Shown: positions 30,003 through 44,034, counted from the first letter of the stretch. The stretch is DNA of 64,000 bases from the human T2T-CHM13v2.0 reference genome, Homo sapiens (GCF_009914755.1 NC_060927.1), one strand, 5' to 3'. The notes: generated by a model not told the origin, from the sequence alone. Translations and numbers: made by a program.

Positions 30003-30839
30003 GACATGAACAGACACTTCTCAAAAGAAGACATTTATGCAGCCAAAAAACACATGAAAAAATGCTCATCATCACTGGCCATCAGAGAAATGCAAATCAA
30101 AACCACTATGAGATATCATCTCACACCAGTTAGAATGGCAATCATTAAAAAGTCAGGAAACAACAGGTGCTGGAGAGGATGTGGAGAAATAGGAACACTT
30201 TTACACTGTTGATGGGACTGTAAACTAGTTCAACCATTGTGGAAGTCAGTGTGGCGATTCCTCAGGGATCTAGAACTAGAAATACCATTTGACCCAGCCA
30301 TCCCATTACTGGGTATATACCCAAATGACTATAAATCATGCTGCTATAAAGACACATGCACACGTATGTTTATTGCGGCACTATTCACAATAGCAAAGAC
30401 TTGGAACCAACCCAAATGTCCAACAATGATAGACTGGATTAAGAAAATGTGGCACATATACACCATGGAATACTATGCAGCCATAAAAAATGATGAGTTC
30501 ATGTCCTTTGTAGGGACATGGATGAAATTGGAAACCATCATTCTCAGTAAACTATCGCAAGAACAAAAAACCAAACACCGCATATTCTCACTCATAGGTG
30601 GGAATTGAACAATGAGATCACATGGACACAGGAAGGGGAATATCACACTCTGGGGACTGTGGTGGGGTCGGGGGAGGGGGGAGGGATAGCATTGGGAGAT
30701 ATACCTAATGCTAGATGACACGTTAGTGGGTGCAGCGCACCAGCATGGCACATGTATACATATGTAACTAACCTGCACAATGTGCACATGTACCCTAAAA
30801 CTTAAAGTATAATTAAAAAAAAAAACATTAAAAAAAAAA
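30003..30839 (+). mobile_element. Young 5'-truncated L1 (L1HS/L1PA2 boundary, ACG/A type)
   Basis: Near-consensus ORF2 C-terminus (...HRIFSLIGGN*), 3' UTR and A tail. Perfect 18-bp TSD gaaaattctttgtaagct at 29985-30002 and 30840-30857. Confidence 0.97.
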
Positions 30840-30985
30840 GAAAATTCTTTGTAAGCTATAAAAGCCTTTAGAAAAAAAAGTAAGCTTTGTTTAAATTATT
30901 AATGTGTAGGTTGAGGCAAAACAAGCACTCCCTTTTGACAGAAGGGATAAGTACTGGTTCATATAAATACAATTTTATCTCCATC

Positions 30986-31518
30986 TGTATCTGTAACAGC
31001 CATTTATTTCTGCTTGATAAATTATCCCAAAGCTTAGTAATGTCTACCTTACTCACATATCTGCAATTTTGATAGTACTCCATGAAAATAGCTTAACTCT
31101 GTTCTGTGAAATGAGCCCATGTGCCTCGATTTGGGTGCAGAGGATTCACTTTCAAGATGCTTTACTCATGGCTGGCAGTTTGGTGTTAGAAGTGCGACTA
31201 GAGTTGTGTGTCAGGACCTTAGTTTCTCTTAATGTGAGTTCCTCTACAGGCTACTAGGGCTTTCTTACAGCGTGGTGGATGAGTTCCAAGGCCAAGTATC
31301 ACAAGAGAGAAAGGTAGAAATGCCAGCATTGTTATGACTTAGTTTTAGAACTTACACAGAGTGTCCTTTCCACTATACACTGTTGATTGAGGTCCACCTG
31401 GGCTCAAAGACAGGGGGTTAGTCTCCACCTTTGTTGTTGGGGTTGTAGTAAGGCTCCAGACAAGTTTGTGGGCAAGAGACACTGTCGTGACCATCTGTGT
31501 ACAGTACAGCCTGCCATT
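30986..31518 (-). mobile_element. MLT1 (G/H-like) MaLR LTR
   Basis: cactttcaagatgctttactcatggctggcag...gaccatctgtgtacagtacagcctgcca. Confidence 0.7.
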
Positions 31519-31589
31519 ATATTGTATTTTATTGCATTGTATCACATTTTACTACATCATATTTTAATGTTTTATGTTGTATTTGTTTC

Positions 31590-31820
31590 CATTTGTGGAG
31601 GACTTAATATCTGCCAGACATGTATATTCTGTATTAAAGTTGACTTAATTCTCACAACAACCCTGTGATGACGTGGTCCTTCTCATTTTCACCAACGAGA
31701 AAACCAAGTTATAAAGATGGTAAGTAACTTGCCTAAGGTCAAACCAGCTCATAAGTGGCAGAGTTCAGGTTCAAAACCAGGCAATCTAGTTCTGGATCCC
31801 ATACTTTTCACCACTCTGCC
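31590..31820 (-). mobile_element. MIR
   Basis: ttaattctcacaacaaccctgtga...taagtaacttgcctaaggtca...ttcaaaaccaggca. Confidence 0.8.
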
Positions 31821-32419
31821 AGATTATTTCTATGTTGTTATCTGTTTTTATGTCTTAAATAATATTTATGCCATGCTGTTACTAATCACCATTTCCATCC
31901 CTGTCTCTGTATCTCAGTTAGAGAAAGTGGGTAGATAAGGACTGGATATCAGACTGGATAGGGAGGAAACACATGCAGGAGTATCATTACCTTTGAGAGA
32001 GGTGGGTCTGAGCTTGTCCCTAAGTGCTCCTGGACCAGTTCTAGGAGATCTCAAGAAAAGAAGCAACGTAACATTTCACTAGTTCCTTACAGAGTTTATA
32101 TTGGCCTTAATGATTTTGCCTTTAATTTAATAAGACATATGGGAGTCTACGGAATCTAGGGAAGGCAGCTGAGTAAGTAACGATATTTTTAAAAAAATTG
32201 GAAATAGGGGCCAATATTTGAAGACTAATGAAATTCAGGGGCATCTATTCTCGTTCCACAAAAGTTTAGCTATCTGGTATTCCATCTGGTGATCTATTCA
32301 ATCAATTAACTCTTCCATATTGGGATGTTTGTCAGAGTCCAGCTTACAAATTGAGGAAATCCACAGTCACTTGTGAGCTAGTTTGTATCAGTTATTAAAA
32401 TTTACTTATTTATTGTAAA

Positions 32420-32760
32420 CTTCATCAAACCAACAATTGTTAAGCCCCTACTGAATGCAGGACACTGCAGATTACAATCAAGGGGAACACAGTTTATACC
32501 CTTTCTCACACCACAAGGGACTTCTACTGTAAGAAAAAGATGTGTAAAGCCATAACGACAAGAATATGTGATAAATATGATAATGAATCTATGAACAAGG
32601 CTGTATGGATGCCTAGCGGAAGGTGCTCCAATATTCTCCTGGAGAGGTCAGAGGGGGCTTTTCAGAGCATTTAAGCATATATATTACAGGAACTGGAAAT
32701 GTTCAGCCCAGTTGGAGCTTAGAAAATGTAGGGCAAGTGATAAGCCTGGAAAGGAAGGCA
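32420..32760 (-). mobile_element. L2 fragment
   Basis: ttgttaagcccctactgaatgcaggacactg...ggagaggtcagagggggcttttcagag. Confidence 0.5.
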
Positions 32761-34464
32761 CGTAGATATGTTTCTGCAAATGCATTCCCTCCTTCTGTCT
32801 TCCTGTCTGCCTTATATACACAATGATGACTCAGTACCAGGAATCTCAGGAAACAAACAACACACATGCACAATATAAATTCCTCTACAATCCCTCTATT
32901 TATCCTCAGTGCAAAACCTCAATTAACTAATAGCTCATCTGAAAACTGTCAGGGCTAGAAAGTCCCATAACCCCTCAGGATAAAATCACACCAACCGTAA
33001 GTTACTTAGGCTCTCCAAGGTCAGCCTCCTTTTATCTAGCTTCCCTCTTTTTATAAAGCTGCGGGCCTGTCTCTAACAGGATCATGTGGTAACATTCATG
33101 ATTTGCAAGAGCTTTACTGCTACAAAGCACATTTGCAATACACTGTCTCTTTTTTTTACTTGGCATTTGCGAATTAATTGTTAACCCACCTGATATATAG
33201 TGAAATTGTGGCCCAGAAATGTGAAATGACTGCTCTTAATTTTTACAAAAATAAAACAAAATAATCTAATCCTTAAAGTCGTGTCTTCTTTTGCAAAATC
33301 CTAGTACATTTTTAGTACATCAGTTGTGTTCTGTAGCTGGGGACTCTGTTCAAGTGAACCTTAATAAGAAGTGTGATGTATAAAATGGCAGAGTTTGAGG
33401 TGTTCTGACTGAAATAAGGAGTCTGGGCTCTGGAGCGTGGCTGAGCATCTTCTTGCTCACTCCAGAAACGGCCCTGAGGCTTCTTCATGTCTAGTGTTGT
33501 GAAAACCACTCAACTGCAGTGTGCTTATTACCTATGTCTAACCTTGGAGCACTCAGAAAAGACCTAATGCTTATTTTACTGTCTGAAGTGGGAAGACAGC
33601 CATTGTTAACGTGGGATCTCCCCTAGCATTCTCCTTCTGATCCTAGCGTAAATTCCTGTGGATCAAAGCCCAGCCCCTGAGACCGTAACAGAGAGAATAA
33701 AAGAACAAGAAGATGGTGAAGGCGATATGGTGTGGTAGATGGAGCATGTGAATTCTCCTAGTTCTGCTTCTAACTCACTTTTTGATTTTTAGCAGGCAAG
33801 CTATTTCACTTCTCTTGTGCCACGGTTTCCATTCATAAACTAGGGAACTGGACTTCTTGTCTCCTCACCGTCTGATTAAAAACATTCCGTGGTGATTCCT
33901 TTTCTTGGTAAGACACATAGCTTAGTCCACCTCAGGTCCCAAAAGGAGGATCAACCTTAGTGTTTTACGCTCTCTAATATGACCTCTTGCGGTCGATGTT
34001 TTAGAGGTATCTATCATATTGCATGGATTGAGGGAGTTTGACCTGTTGAGCTGGGCGAGTTATCACCATGCAGCACTTCAGGTGCTTACTCTCTTTTTAT
34101 CCATGCATTGGTTCATTGGATTCAAACATTTCATTAGACTTCCTGTCTTCTTTTGGGGGGATATTTTGAATTTGGGGATAATAAATTTAGAAATCTTTGG
34201 GATGAAGAAGAGGAAAGAGAAGGCAGAAAAGGAGGGCCATGACTATAACATTTATCAGCAACTGTGCCTCTTCCAGAAGAATCAGGATGGACTGGATTTG
34301 AATATAAAAAGTAGGAAGAGAGGCAAGGCAGAAACTGGGAGAGGCCGCAGATGGTAGTGATTGCAGATCCTTTATAAAATGCTGCATGTTTCAACTTTCC
34401 TCTGCCCAACACTATCAAGTGAGATGGATCCTTGGAGGTCTTTGGGTCCAGTCCTCAAGGAATC

Positions 34465-34717
34465 AAAATTACATCTAGGTAGTAGGAATAGGTTCTAGTG
34501 TTCTATACCACGTGGGATAACTATAGTTAGCAATAATGTGTGATGTAGTTTCAAATAACTAGAAGGCAGATAGTTAATGTTTTCAACACAAAGGAAATGA
34601 TAAATATTTGAGATGATGAATGTGCTAATTACCCTGATTTGATCAATATACATTATATGTATGGAATTTCACTGTGTACCACATGAATAGGTATAATTAT
34701 TTTTAATTTAAAAAAAG
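34465..34717 (+). mobile_element. L1MA 3' end
   Basis: aggaataggttctagtgttctata...gctaattaccctgatttgatc, ending in an A tail. Confidence 0.85.
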
Positions 34718-35849
34718 CAGTTTCTCATGTAAGCTGGATGTTGCTGGATAGTTTAACAGAAGTCTGTATAGCCTTGTTGTATTTTAATCATTTTATCTTT
34801 TTTTTTGGCCTGGAAAATATTAAGTTAGAATGGCTGTGCTGGAATACATCATCCCCACCTGTATATTAAAGCTCTGTGTTATTTAAAAATTTGTCTAAGA
34901 AACCTATAAATTGATGGAGCCTCACTGTGGTGGTTCTACTTCTCTATTTTGTGTGTTTGTTTGTTTGTTTTTTGGTCTGGTGCCATTGAGCCACTGTCTA
35001 TAGGAATAAAAGGATGTTAGCATGACTGATAGTTCAGTGACCTGTAAGTAGCGATTTTAAAGAAAAATTTTATAGGTCTTTGTTAGTTCCAAATCTGACT
35101 ACCTGTTAATTCTGCTTTATAGTCATGCTCTGACTTTACCATGAAGGCTGTAGCATTGTGCTTTATCTCCTTGTCTCCAGAGTACAAGATCTTGGTAAGA
35201 GAAAAGAGTGATAAACCCAAAAAATACAAACTCAGTTTACCTGAGACTGAGTAGCACAGAGGTCTCCACTACCACTCATTTCCCTCTTCACATGGCAATG
35301 GAACTTTTCATTAAAAATAAATTGTATTTACTCATGTATATTCTTATGCTAAACTGATACCCTTTTTCACAATGGATAAAACAACAATAAATGTTTGCAG
35401 CCTCGCACATCAATTCTCGAACCCTGTTCTGCAATTTCTGGCAATAAAAGGCCTTGCTTAGTGTGCATTAAAATCTTGGTTCTAAAGTCAGTGTCTACTT
35501 TCATAGAAAGTATAGTTTCTGACCTCTGTTACTATATTTTCACCAGCAATTTGCACACTTGTCATGAGGCTTTCTCTTTGTATGGGTCTTAGATAATGCA
35601 GTATCTTGACATGGTACTTCTATGGTAAGACAAAGAGGATGCTGTTTTTGTATTAATGCGACCAAAATATTTCAAAGCCAATCTTACAGAATCCCCCTAT
35701 TGGACATCCCCCATAAATTTTTTAATGGAACAAAACCCCTCTGTGAGAAATAACAATTTGTATACGATTTCAAAGGCATAATTCAAACTATAGCTGAATA
35801 AGAAAAATAATACAGGATCTAACAAGGCAACACTTAATGAAAAATCAAG

Positions 35850-36192
<343 letters not shown>

Positions 36193-36634
36193 CTAAGTAT
36201 GTATTTATTTTAGGTAAATCTTAGTAAAGCAGGAATTAGCTGGTTAGCTGCACTTACTGGCTTTAGGTTGCTGGTTAGTTAACTGGAAAGGCTGTTAGTT
36301 TAGAGGTGATATGACACATAGATTATGGTTTAAAAAGTTTGCAGCCCTTATTTCTAGAATGTATTCAATGGTATCTCTGCTGCCTAACCCATAGGGTTAT
36401 GTTTTAAACGAGATGATATAAATGTGTTATACTACATTTTGAAACGTTAGTTGGTGTCACTATATCTTTTGGCAAAGAGTCTCCTTATGAACTTCAGGGA
36501 GCTTGTTTCTACAGAAGGAGTTTGGTTCATAAGATGTTTTCCATAAGAATTATATAAATTTTTATATAAAAAAGTAGTGCCCAAACTATTAACTCATGGA
36601 GAGAGATCAAATTCTGATCTTTTTAAAATTAAGC

Positions 36635-36986
36635 TCTATTAGTCCATTTTCACACCGCTGATAAGGACATACCAGAGACTGGGAAGAAAAGGATATTTAA
36701 TTGGACTTACAGTTCCACATGGCTGGGGAGGACTCAGAGTCATGGCGGGAGGCGAAAGGCACTTCTTACATGGCAGTGGTGAGAGAAAATGAGGACGATG
36801 CAAAAGCAGAAACCCCTGATAAAACCATCAGATCTCATAAGACTTATTGACTACCACGAGAACAGTATGGGGGAAACTGCCCCCATGATTCAAATTATCT
36901 CCCACTGGGTCTCTCCCTCAACATGTGGGAATTATGGGGTAAAAGTCAAGATGAGATTTGGGTGGGGACAGAGCCAAGCCATATCA
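36635..36986 (-). mobile_element. THE1C-like solo LTR
   Basis: tattagtccattttcac...gccatatca, with TSD taagc/caagc. Confidence 0.92.
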
Positions 36987-37986
36987 CAAGCTTAGTGAGA
37001 AACCTAATTGCTTATATACTATCTATTATTTTCAAATTCATTTTAATATTTTGGATTCTTATCCAACTAAGAGATATAGGGAACAAATGCTGTAATAATC
37101 ACCCATCTGTAAAATATGGACCTTCTCATAGGGAACTTACGTTTTAGTAGGGAAAATATAACATATACACTAATAGAGATTACAGAGTAGGAGGTCCTTT
37201 ACAGAGTAAAAGGAGAATGGAGATGTACAATTTGGTGTGTACTGTGGGTTGAGGAAGATTGTGGGTTGCGGAAGATGGTGACAGCTACTGACGAGTCACT
37301 TTCTGCCATAGAGATCAATTTTCCATTGGTCAATTGTGGACATTCACTAATGTAGGTTGGAGTGATGCTTCAGGAGCAGACATGGCATAAACTATTTCAG
37401 GAAACCATAAGCAGCTTAGCTTTATCTTCAGAGTAGGGTATGAAAAGGGAGAGACCAATGGTAAAAATCCAAATTAGAATGATGTGATGCCATCTTGGAG
37501 GCCCTTGTAAGTCAAGCAAAGGAGTTTGTGCAAAAAGTTTGAACATTAACAACAACAAACAAACAAACAGAAAACAGAAAAAAATATTGCATTGTATCTG
37601 TGGGACCTTCCCATCCTTAGGTTTTAATTTTCCCCTCTGTCAAATGAGAGATTTTACTTGATAATCTCCAAAATTGTGACCAGCTCTAATGTTTTACAAT
37701 TCCCAGAATTATTACATCTTAACTTCTCCCTGAGAATTATTTACTGATCACATAGTAGAACTGAAGTGATTTCTACAGTAGCTCTATAGCTAGCAACCCA
37801 GCATTGGATAAACTCAAGGAATGAAAAATCTAGTGTGTGCTGGGGTTGGGAGGGTAGTCATATATTACTGATTTAACTGTCATCTGGAAAACTTTATGGG
37901 AACTAAGTAGAGGATGCCATAAGGACCATTAACTGCTCCTAAGATATGATGAGCAAAGACTGGAGAATAGGAGTGGGCCTAGTCTA

Positions 37987-38476
37987 CAGATTAGTTTTCT
38001 ATTATTGCTGTAACAAGATACCACGAAATTGGTGTCTTAAAACATCACAAATTTCTTATCTTACAGTGCTGTAGGTCAGAATTCTAGTCCAGGACTCACT
38101 GGGTTAAGATGAAGGTGTCAGCAGAGCTTCATTCCTTTCTGGAGGCTCTAGTCATAGTCATTACCTTTCCCAGCTTCTAGAGGCTGCCCATATTTCTTGG
38201 CTCTCGGACTCTGTCTTTCTAGTGACATTGCATTTCTCTGACCACTCTTTCATAGTCATGTCTCTCTGACCACAGCTGGGAAAGATTCTTTGCTTTTAAG
38301 AACTCATGTGATTAGATGAGGCTCACCTGGATAATTCAGGCTAATCTCCCTGTCTCAAAATCTTTAACCTTAATCACATCTGCAAAGTCTTTGTAATCAA
38401 CATGTTCACAAGTTCGAGGAATTAGAGTGTGTACATTCTTGGCGGGGTGGGGAGGGCTGTTCTTATGCTTATCACA
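37987..38476 (-). mobile_element. MLT1 (C/D-like) solo LTR
   Basis: ttgctgtaacaa...ttctggaggctctag...ttaatcacatctgcaaagtc...tcaca, with TSD gtcta/gtctg. Confidence 0.85.
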
Positions 38477-40339
38477 GTCTGTTTTTAGGAAAGTAGATAA
38501 GTTCACAACGTTAATGCATGGAGGCTGACATTGTGAGAAGAAATGAAGCAGCCAGTCATAAAGTGTGTTTCGTGCTAATGTAAAGAGTTCTGAAGTTATT
38601 CTGATGGCCATAGAGAGCTATTCAATTCTACCTAGTAGAGGAATATTTAATCTATAATGATGTCAAACAATTGAAGTGGGTAGCTTGTGGTACCCAACCA
38701 TCCTTCGCATTTTAAACATGGGAAAATGAAGACTATTTTTTGACTCAGTATACTTGGGACACATATTAGTGCCATGTACCTATCATTATTTTCCCATATC
38801 ATGTGTTTTTCTACCCTTTCCTCCTACTTGTTTTTCCTCTAGCCTGTGAGAATGCCATTCATGATTTATAATGTTCTGGGTAAAAAGTTCAGGTAGATCT
38901 ACATTAAGCAAAGGTAACTCAGATTTGGAAGACTGAAGCTTGGTAGCAGGGAGGGGGTTACTTAGGACAGAGAGATGCCTTGGAATGGCCGCACATTGAG
39001 CTCGTGCATGTTGGAGCTGGCATTACCCATGTGAGGAGGTGGATGACCTGTCTATATATTCAACACTAGCTTTTCTTTGAGATCCCCACAAAACAGATCT
39101 AGGAAATCTAATGAAAGAATTATCCCTGCTACACCGTGTTTTTAACATAGGAACGGACAGTTAACTTGTGTGTTTGTTCAAGAATGATTCATAATGCAGA
39201 AGATGAACTGGTGAATAGAAGAAGCCTAGTAAATTGGAAGATTCTCTTGATGAAACAGAGAAATTGAGATTTATTATTCAGTCACTTCCAATTACACTGT
39301 TGTGTTGCAGAGGAAAGCAGCTAAACAGGATGTTGGCTGGTAACACCAGCAAAGTGGAATCAACCTCAAAGGAGATGGTGTCAGAGTGGTGTTCAATGCC
39401 TGAGCTTCTACCGAGTGAGTCACTTGTGTGAAAATGTCTTGACACAGATAGAATTGAGGTGCCCACACTATATCTGATCACAGAAATGTTAATGCAGAAT
39501 AGCAAACTGGCTTTCATCTTCATGGGATTGCAGGCTGGGGGATAAAAGGGGGTGCATTTTTAAAGGTCATCTCTATTGCTTATGAGAAAACAATGTATCA
39601 CATCCCATGCATCTGTGAGACTGTGTATCAAGAATCAGAAATAAATACATTTGAAGGAAAACTGCAAGTTGTTTCTCACGTGTGAATTTGATGCTTTTTT
39701 TTTTAAAAAAGAAAGATTTTCTGGAAGAATTTAGCCTCCTGAAAACTTGTTTCTTCTGTGTTGTAGTTGATAATATCTACCACCCACTGTGGTGCATGGA
39801 GAGGAAAAACCTTCTATCCCCTACTTTATGTGTTATTGATGTGACATAATTTTTCAGAATAGCCACACAATTTCAAATGTGACTTCTTTTCTAACTTGCA
39901 AATAGAGCTGACAACAGCAAGATATGTCCTGTAAACAAACCCCAAAAGAATATTTTTGAACAAGTTGTAGTTCAATTTATACCAGATTATGGAACACTAG
40001 AGATTTACAGTGATGCGTTCTTTTATTTAGATGGAATAGGAGAACCCATAGAGTTGAAGCTGTTTGTCTGAAGGTTTGCAGCAGATCAGTGGCTCTGCCA
40101 AGCCTGCAACTATCATCACCTGACTCCAAGTTACTCTCTTTCTAGTCCAGCACAGCTGCCTCCCAAGTTTAATAGTCTATGACTCACAATCCAAATCTAT
40201 GGTGACATATAATATTTTACTTTGATTCCAAATCAACAAGCCAGTTTTAGAAGTGCTTACACTGCTGCATTACTTTTTATACTATTGGGTTCTTCAAGTT
40301 GAGTCTTATTTCTAGAACTCCAATAAGAATAACCAGAGG

Positions 40340-41700
40340 AGTCATTTATTTTGTTATTATGACATATTTATTGAAGACTTATTGGGTGGCAAGCTGTCTT
40401 ATAGAGGGTGAGGGTACAGCTATGCATAAAACAATGTGTATTTTCTTAAAAGAGTTTATATTACTGTGGGAGAGGCATAGTAAACATGTTAGGTTCTATA
40501 GAGAAAAATAAAGCAAGATAAAAGTGAAAGAGTGCTTTGGGTTGAGTGGAGCCATAGTTGCTATTCTGCACAAAGTGGTTAAGAAAAGCCTTAAGAGGAA
40601 GAGATATTTGAGGAGAGATCTCAAGGAGGTGAGGAAGTGAGCTCTGCAGATATTTGGGATAAGCATGTTATAGACAGAGGGAAGCACAAGCGTGAAAAGT
40701 CTGAGAAGATCATGGCTGGCATCTGGCATTTTTAAGAAAGAGTGAAGTAGCCAAGGGTGCCTGAAGCCAAGTGATCCCAAGGAAGTGAGGAAAAATAAGG
40801 TTAGGGAGGTAGCAGGGGCCCTCATGATCACATAGAACCTCATAGGACCTCTTATTCTTAGTTTAAGTGAGATGGAGAGCATTTGGAGTCACATTATCAG
40901 GCTTATGTTAAGGATCACTCAGGCAGCTTTCTGTAGGCTATGTGGTAATCCAAACCAGAAGTGACAACACAAACTAGAAATTACAATCAAACTCAAAATG
41001 ATAGTTGGTTGGACTTGGTAGGTATAGTTGGTGTTGGGGAGGGGATAAGAAGTAGTGGGATTCTGGATATATTTCCATTGCAGCCTCAACAACTATTGTG
41101 AGCAGATCAGATGTGGAATATAAGAGTAATAGAAGAGTCAAGAATGGCTCCTAGGTTTTTACCCTGAGCAAGGAGAAGAATGGAATTGCTATTTAGTGAG
41201 ATTTCTGGAGACAGGAAGATTAATTTTGCTTCTGTTTTTGTTGTTTAGAAGAGAAAGGAGAAAGGATGATCAGCCATTTGGCTTTGAATATGTTATATTT
41301 GAGCTATCTTTTAGAGATTCGAGTATTGGTTGAGTAGACAGCTGTATATTTGAGTCTGGGGTACAAGGGCAGGCTCTTGACTTGATATAGGTGTAGGTGT
41401 CAGCAGATATACATTTAGAGCTTTGAGCCTGGATCATATCACCTAAGGTAATGGAGGAAGCCATGAATATTTTGATGTCATGGAGAAAATAGAGGAACTA
41501 TTAAAGAATGCTTGGGACAAGAAACACTGAGGTGGGAGGAAATGCAAAGGACAGTGGTGTCCAGAAATGAAGTGAAAAATGTGCTTCAAGAGTGAGTGTG
41601 TGATCAAGGTATCCACACCATTGGATCAAATGCCATGAGGATTAAAAGTTGGACCAATGGATCTAGATCTTAGTTGAGGATTGCCTTGATAAGAACAGTT
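40340..41700 (-). mobile_element. L2a fragment (~1.3 kb)
   Basis: L2 3' end acatatttattgaagacttattg and internal motifs gagtcaagaatggctcctaggttttt and tttggctttgaatatgttatatttgag. Confidence 0.8.
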
Positions 41701-41769
41701 ATCATTACTCTTCTGAGCTATTTGCTCACACTTGCTTTACTTTTTGTCAAAGTCGAGGCCCCTCTAAAT

Positions 41770-42020
41770 AATGGTTAAATACAAGGGCTCTGGAGTTGCC
41801 CTGTCTGAGGTCAAATCCTAGTTTCATATTTACTAGTTGTTTGAGCTTGGAAAGTTTAATTAACCCTTCTGTGTGCTTCAGTTTTTTTTGTTTGTTTGTT
41901 TTACTTTTGAAAGGAAAGAAATGATATGTTTTGTCTCATAGGTTTATTGGGAAGATTGCAAAAATTAAACATATACCATAGTGTCTGTCATATAGTAAAT
42001 TACCAATAATTGTTAGCTCT
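41770..42020 (+). mobile_element. MIR
   Basis: tggttaaatacaagggctctggagt...tcaaatccta...tgtcatatagtaaat. Confidence 0.7.
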
Positions 42021-43473
42021 AGTGATTAAGAATAAAATGATCACTAACATCTATAAAATTACACCTGACTTATATTTCCTTCTTACCCTGAAAATCATAC
42101 AAACTCTTTCTAGAGTTGTGCTTGAGTCGGTTGCACTATTTTCTGCCTTTTTGTTTTTTTGGTTTGATTTTTTTTCAGTTTTTTTAATCATTACATGAAT
42201 TAACCTCATTATGATCTAATTACTTCCACATAGTTCTCCAGATTGTGAATGCTCTGCGAAACCATAGCTTGTTCATATCTTAGAACCTTATGCAAGGGTT
42301 GGCACTTTTGGCACTTCAGGCTTGAAATTAAAATGGTTTCTGAATGCCCTGGTGATTGATTGACATTTCACCTTCAAGGTCATTCCAATACTTAATGTAG
42401 AAGTGATAGGGTAAACTCTTAATTACTGGAATTACCTATAAATAAATAAATGACTTAAATTTCCTAAAATAATAGTTAATGTCTTGTTAATCTGAGTTCC
42501 TTTTCTCTGTAAATTATTTCACAGGCATGACCCTCTGTAATTTTCTCACCTTTTAAAGTGATCCTGAGGTATATCATGCAGGATAGTTGACCTTTGGGAT
42601 TGGTGTTCTTGCCCTACGGTAGATAGCTTTGTGAAGTCTTCCCTCCCTTTCTATTTCTGGGACCTAGAACTTAAAATGGCCTCTTATGTTGAATTCTTCT
42701 CATTCATATTTCTATAAACTCAAATAATGGTGCCTTTAACATCTTCAGACGTGCCTTCATGCGTTACAAAAAAAAAGATGGTTTGATATTTGTTTCCTTT
42801 ATCTTCTTTGAAATGCATGAATAAAGGTAACTATTTACAAACCTGAAATAAAGCAAAACTGTGTTTATTAGATTCTTGAAAAGCGGTTTTGCAAATCTAA
42901 ATCAAGCACCGGGCTAGGAGGACTACATTAAGCAACAACACCAGCAATGAGTGGTATATTTTAGGAACTGTGTCCATGGACAGAATGAGATATCATGAGC
43001 AAATATCTGTTGCAATTCCTGTGCCAATTCATAAATGGCAACAGCTGATTCTTGCCTTGCTCACATAGTTGTAGTCTGGATGGTAAAAGGTAATATTTTC
43101 AACTCCTTGGTTTACTTTGTCAGGAGTAATAAGTTTCTAATAAAGAAGCTATATTTATACTTCTCACCTAGCCTCTCTCTCTCTGTGTAGTCCATGCCAC
43201 AAACACTGTACATTGGCTAACATATTTGTCTGAGTAAGGGTGAGAGACAAGAAGAACATGAGGGAAACTAGAGGTTGTACAAGTAAATTCTATTGTTGCT
43301 AATGCCATAATTTATTCCAGATATTATCTAGTCCCAGAATGTGCATATGAATGTTCTGGCGCTCTCTTTTCTGTACTTGTAATAAACAAGACATCAGAAG
43401 ACACAAGAGTTGAGAGGGCCCAGTTTCAGTACCTCTTGTTATAAATCATCAAGCAGGTAAAGAGAAGATCCCT

Positions 43474-43571
43474 GATGTTATCAGTACTTTTGAGCAGAAA
43501 GCATGGATGTTATCAGTATTTTTGACCAGAAAGAGAATGGATGTTATCAGTATTTTTGAGCAGAAAGCATG
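43474..43571. repeat. Three-copy ~32-bp tandem repeat
   Basis: gatgttatcagta(c/t)ttttga(g/c)cagaaag..atg at 43474, 43506 and 43540. Confidence 0.95.
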
Positions 43572-44034
43572 CGTGTTTGTACACCTTCTTGTTTACTCCA
43601 CATAGGCACTCCGACAAAATAGTATCTCTACCTCAACCAGTAAGTTCCTTATCTGTCTCTGAGTTCTTTTGTCCTTCTACAGAAACAAGAGTGTTTCTCT
43701 TAAACTAACTCCCTCATTCTGGATAAACTGATATAATAAAAACACCAGAACGAAAACGCATGTATTCATACCATACTTTCCCACCTCACTGTGCTGTACT
43801 CTGTAGAGTTCATATCCTCTCTTCTTTTACACCTCTTCAGTGAGCTCTATAATTTTCTAGCTCTTGGTTGTTTCTCTGTTCGTATCATCTACCTGCAATG
43901 CCATTCATCACTTCCTACCTGCCACTCTCACCCTTCATTTTTTACCTGAGGAGCTGCCTCCTACCCCGTATGAGTTGCTGTACACGTTTCTTTTGACACT
44001 TGTCACATATATACCCTGTTATGGTTGTGGTCAG

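Noticed and set aside
30006-30608. L1 ORF2 ORFs as a functional gene
   Set aside because: The element is 5'-truncated, lacks the promoter and the EN/RT domains, and has a nonsense codon near 30210.
43474-43571. CRISPR-like repeat array
   Set aside because: The units are head-to-tail with no spacers, the context is eukaryotic, and there are no cas genes.
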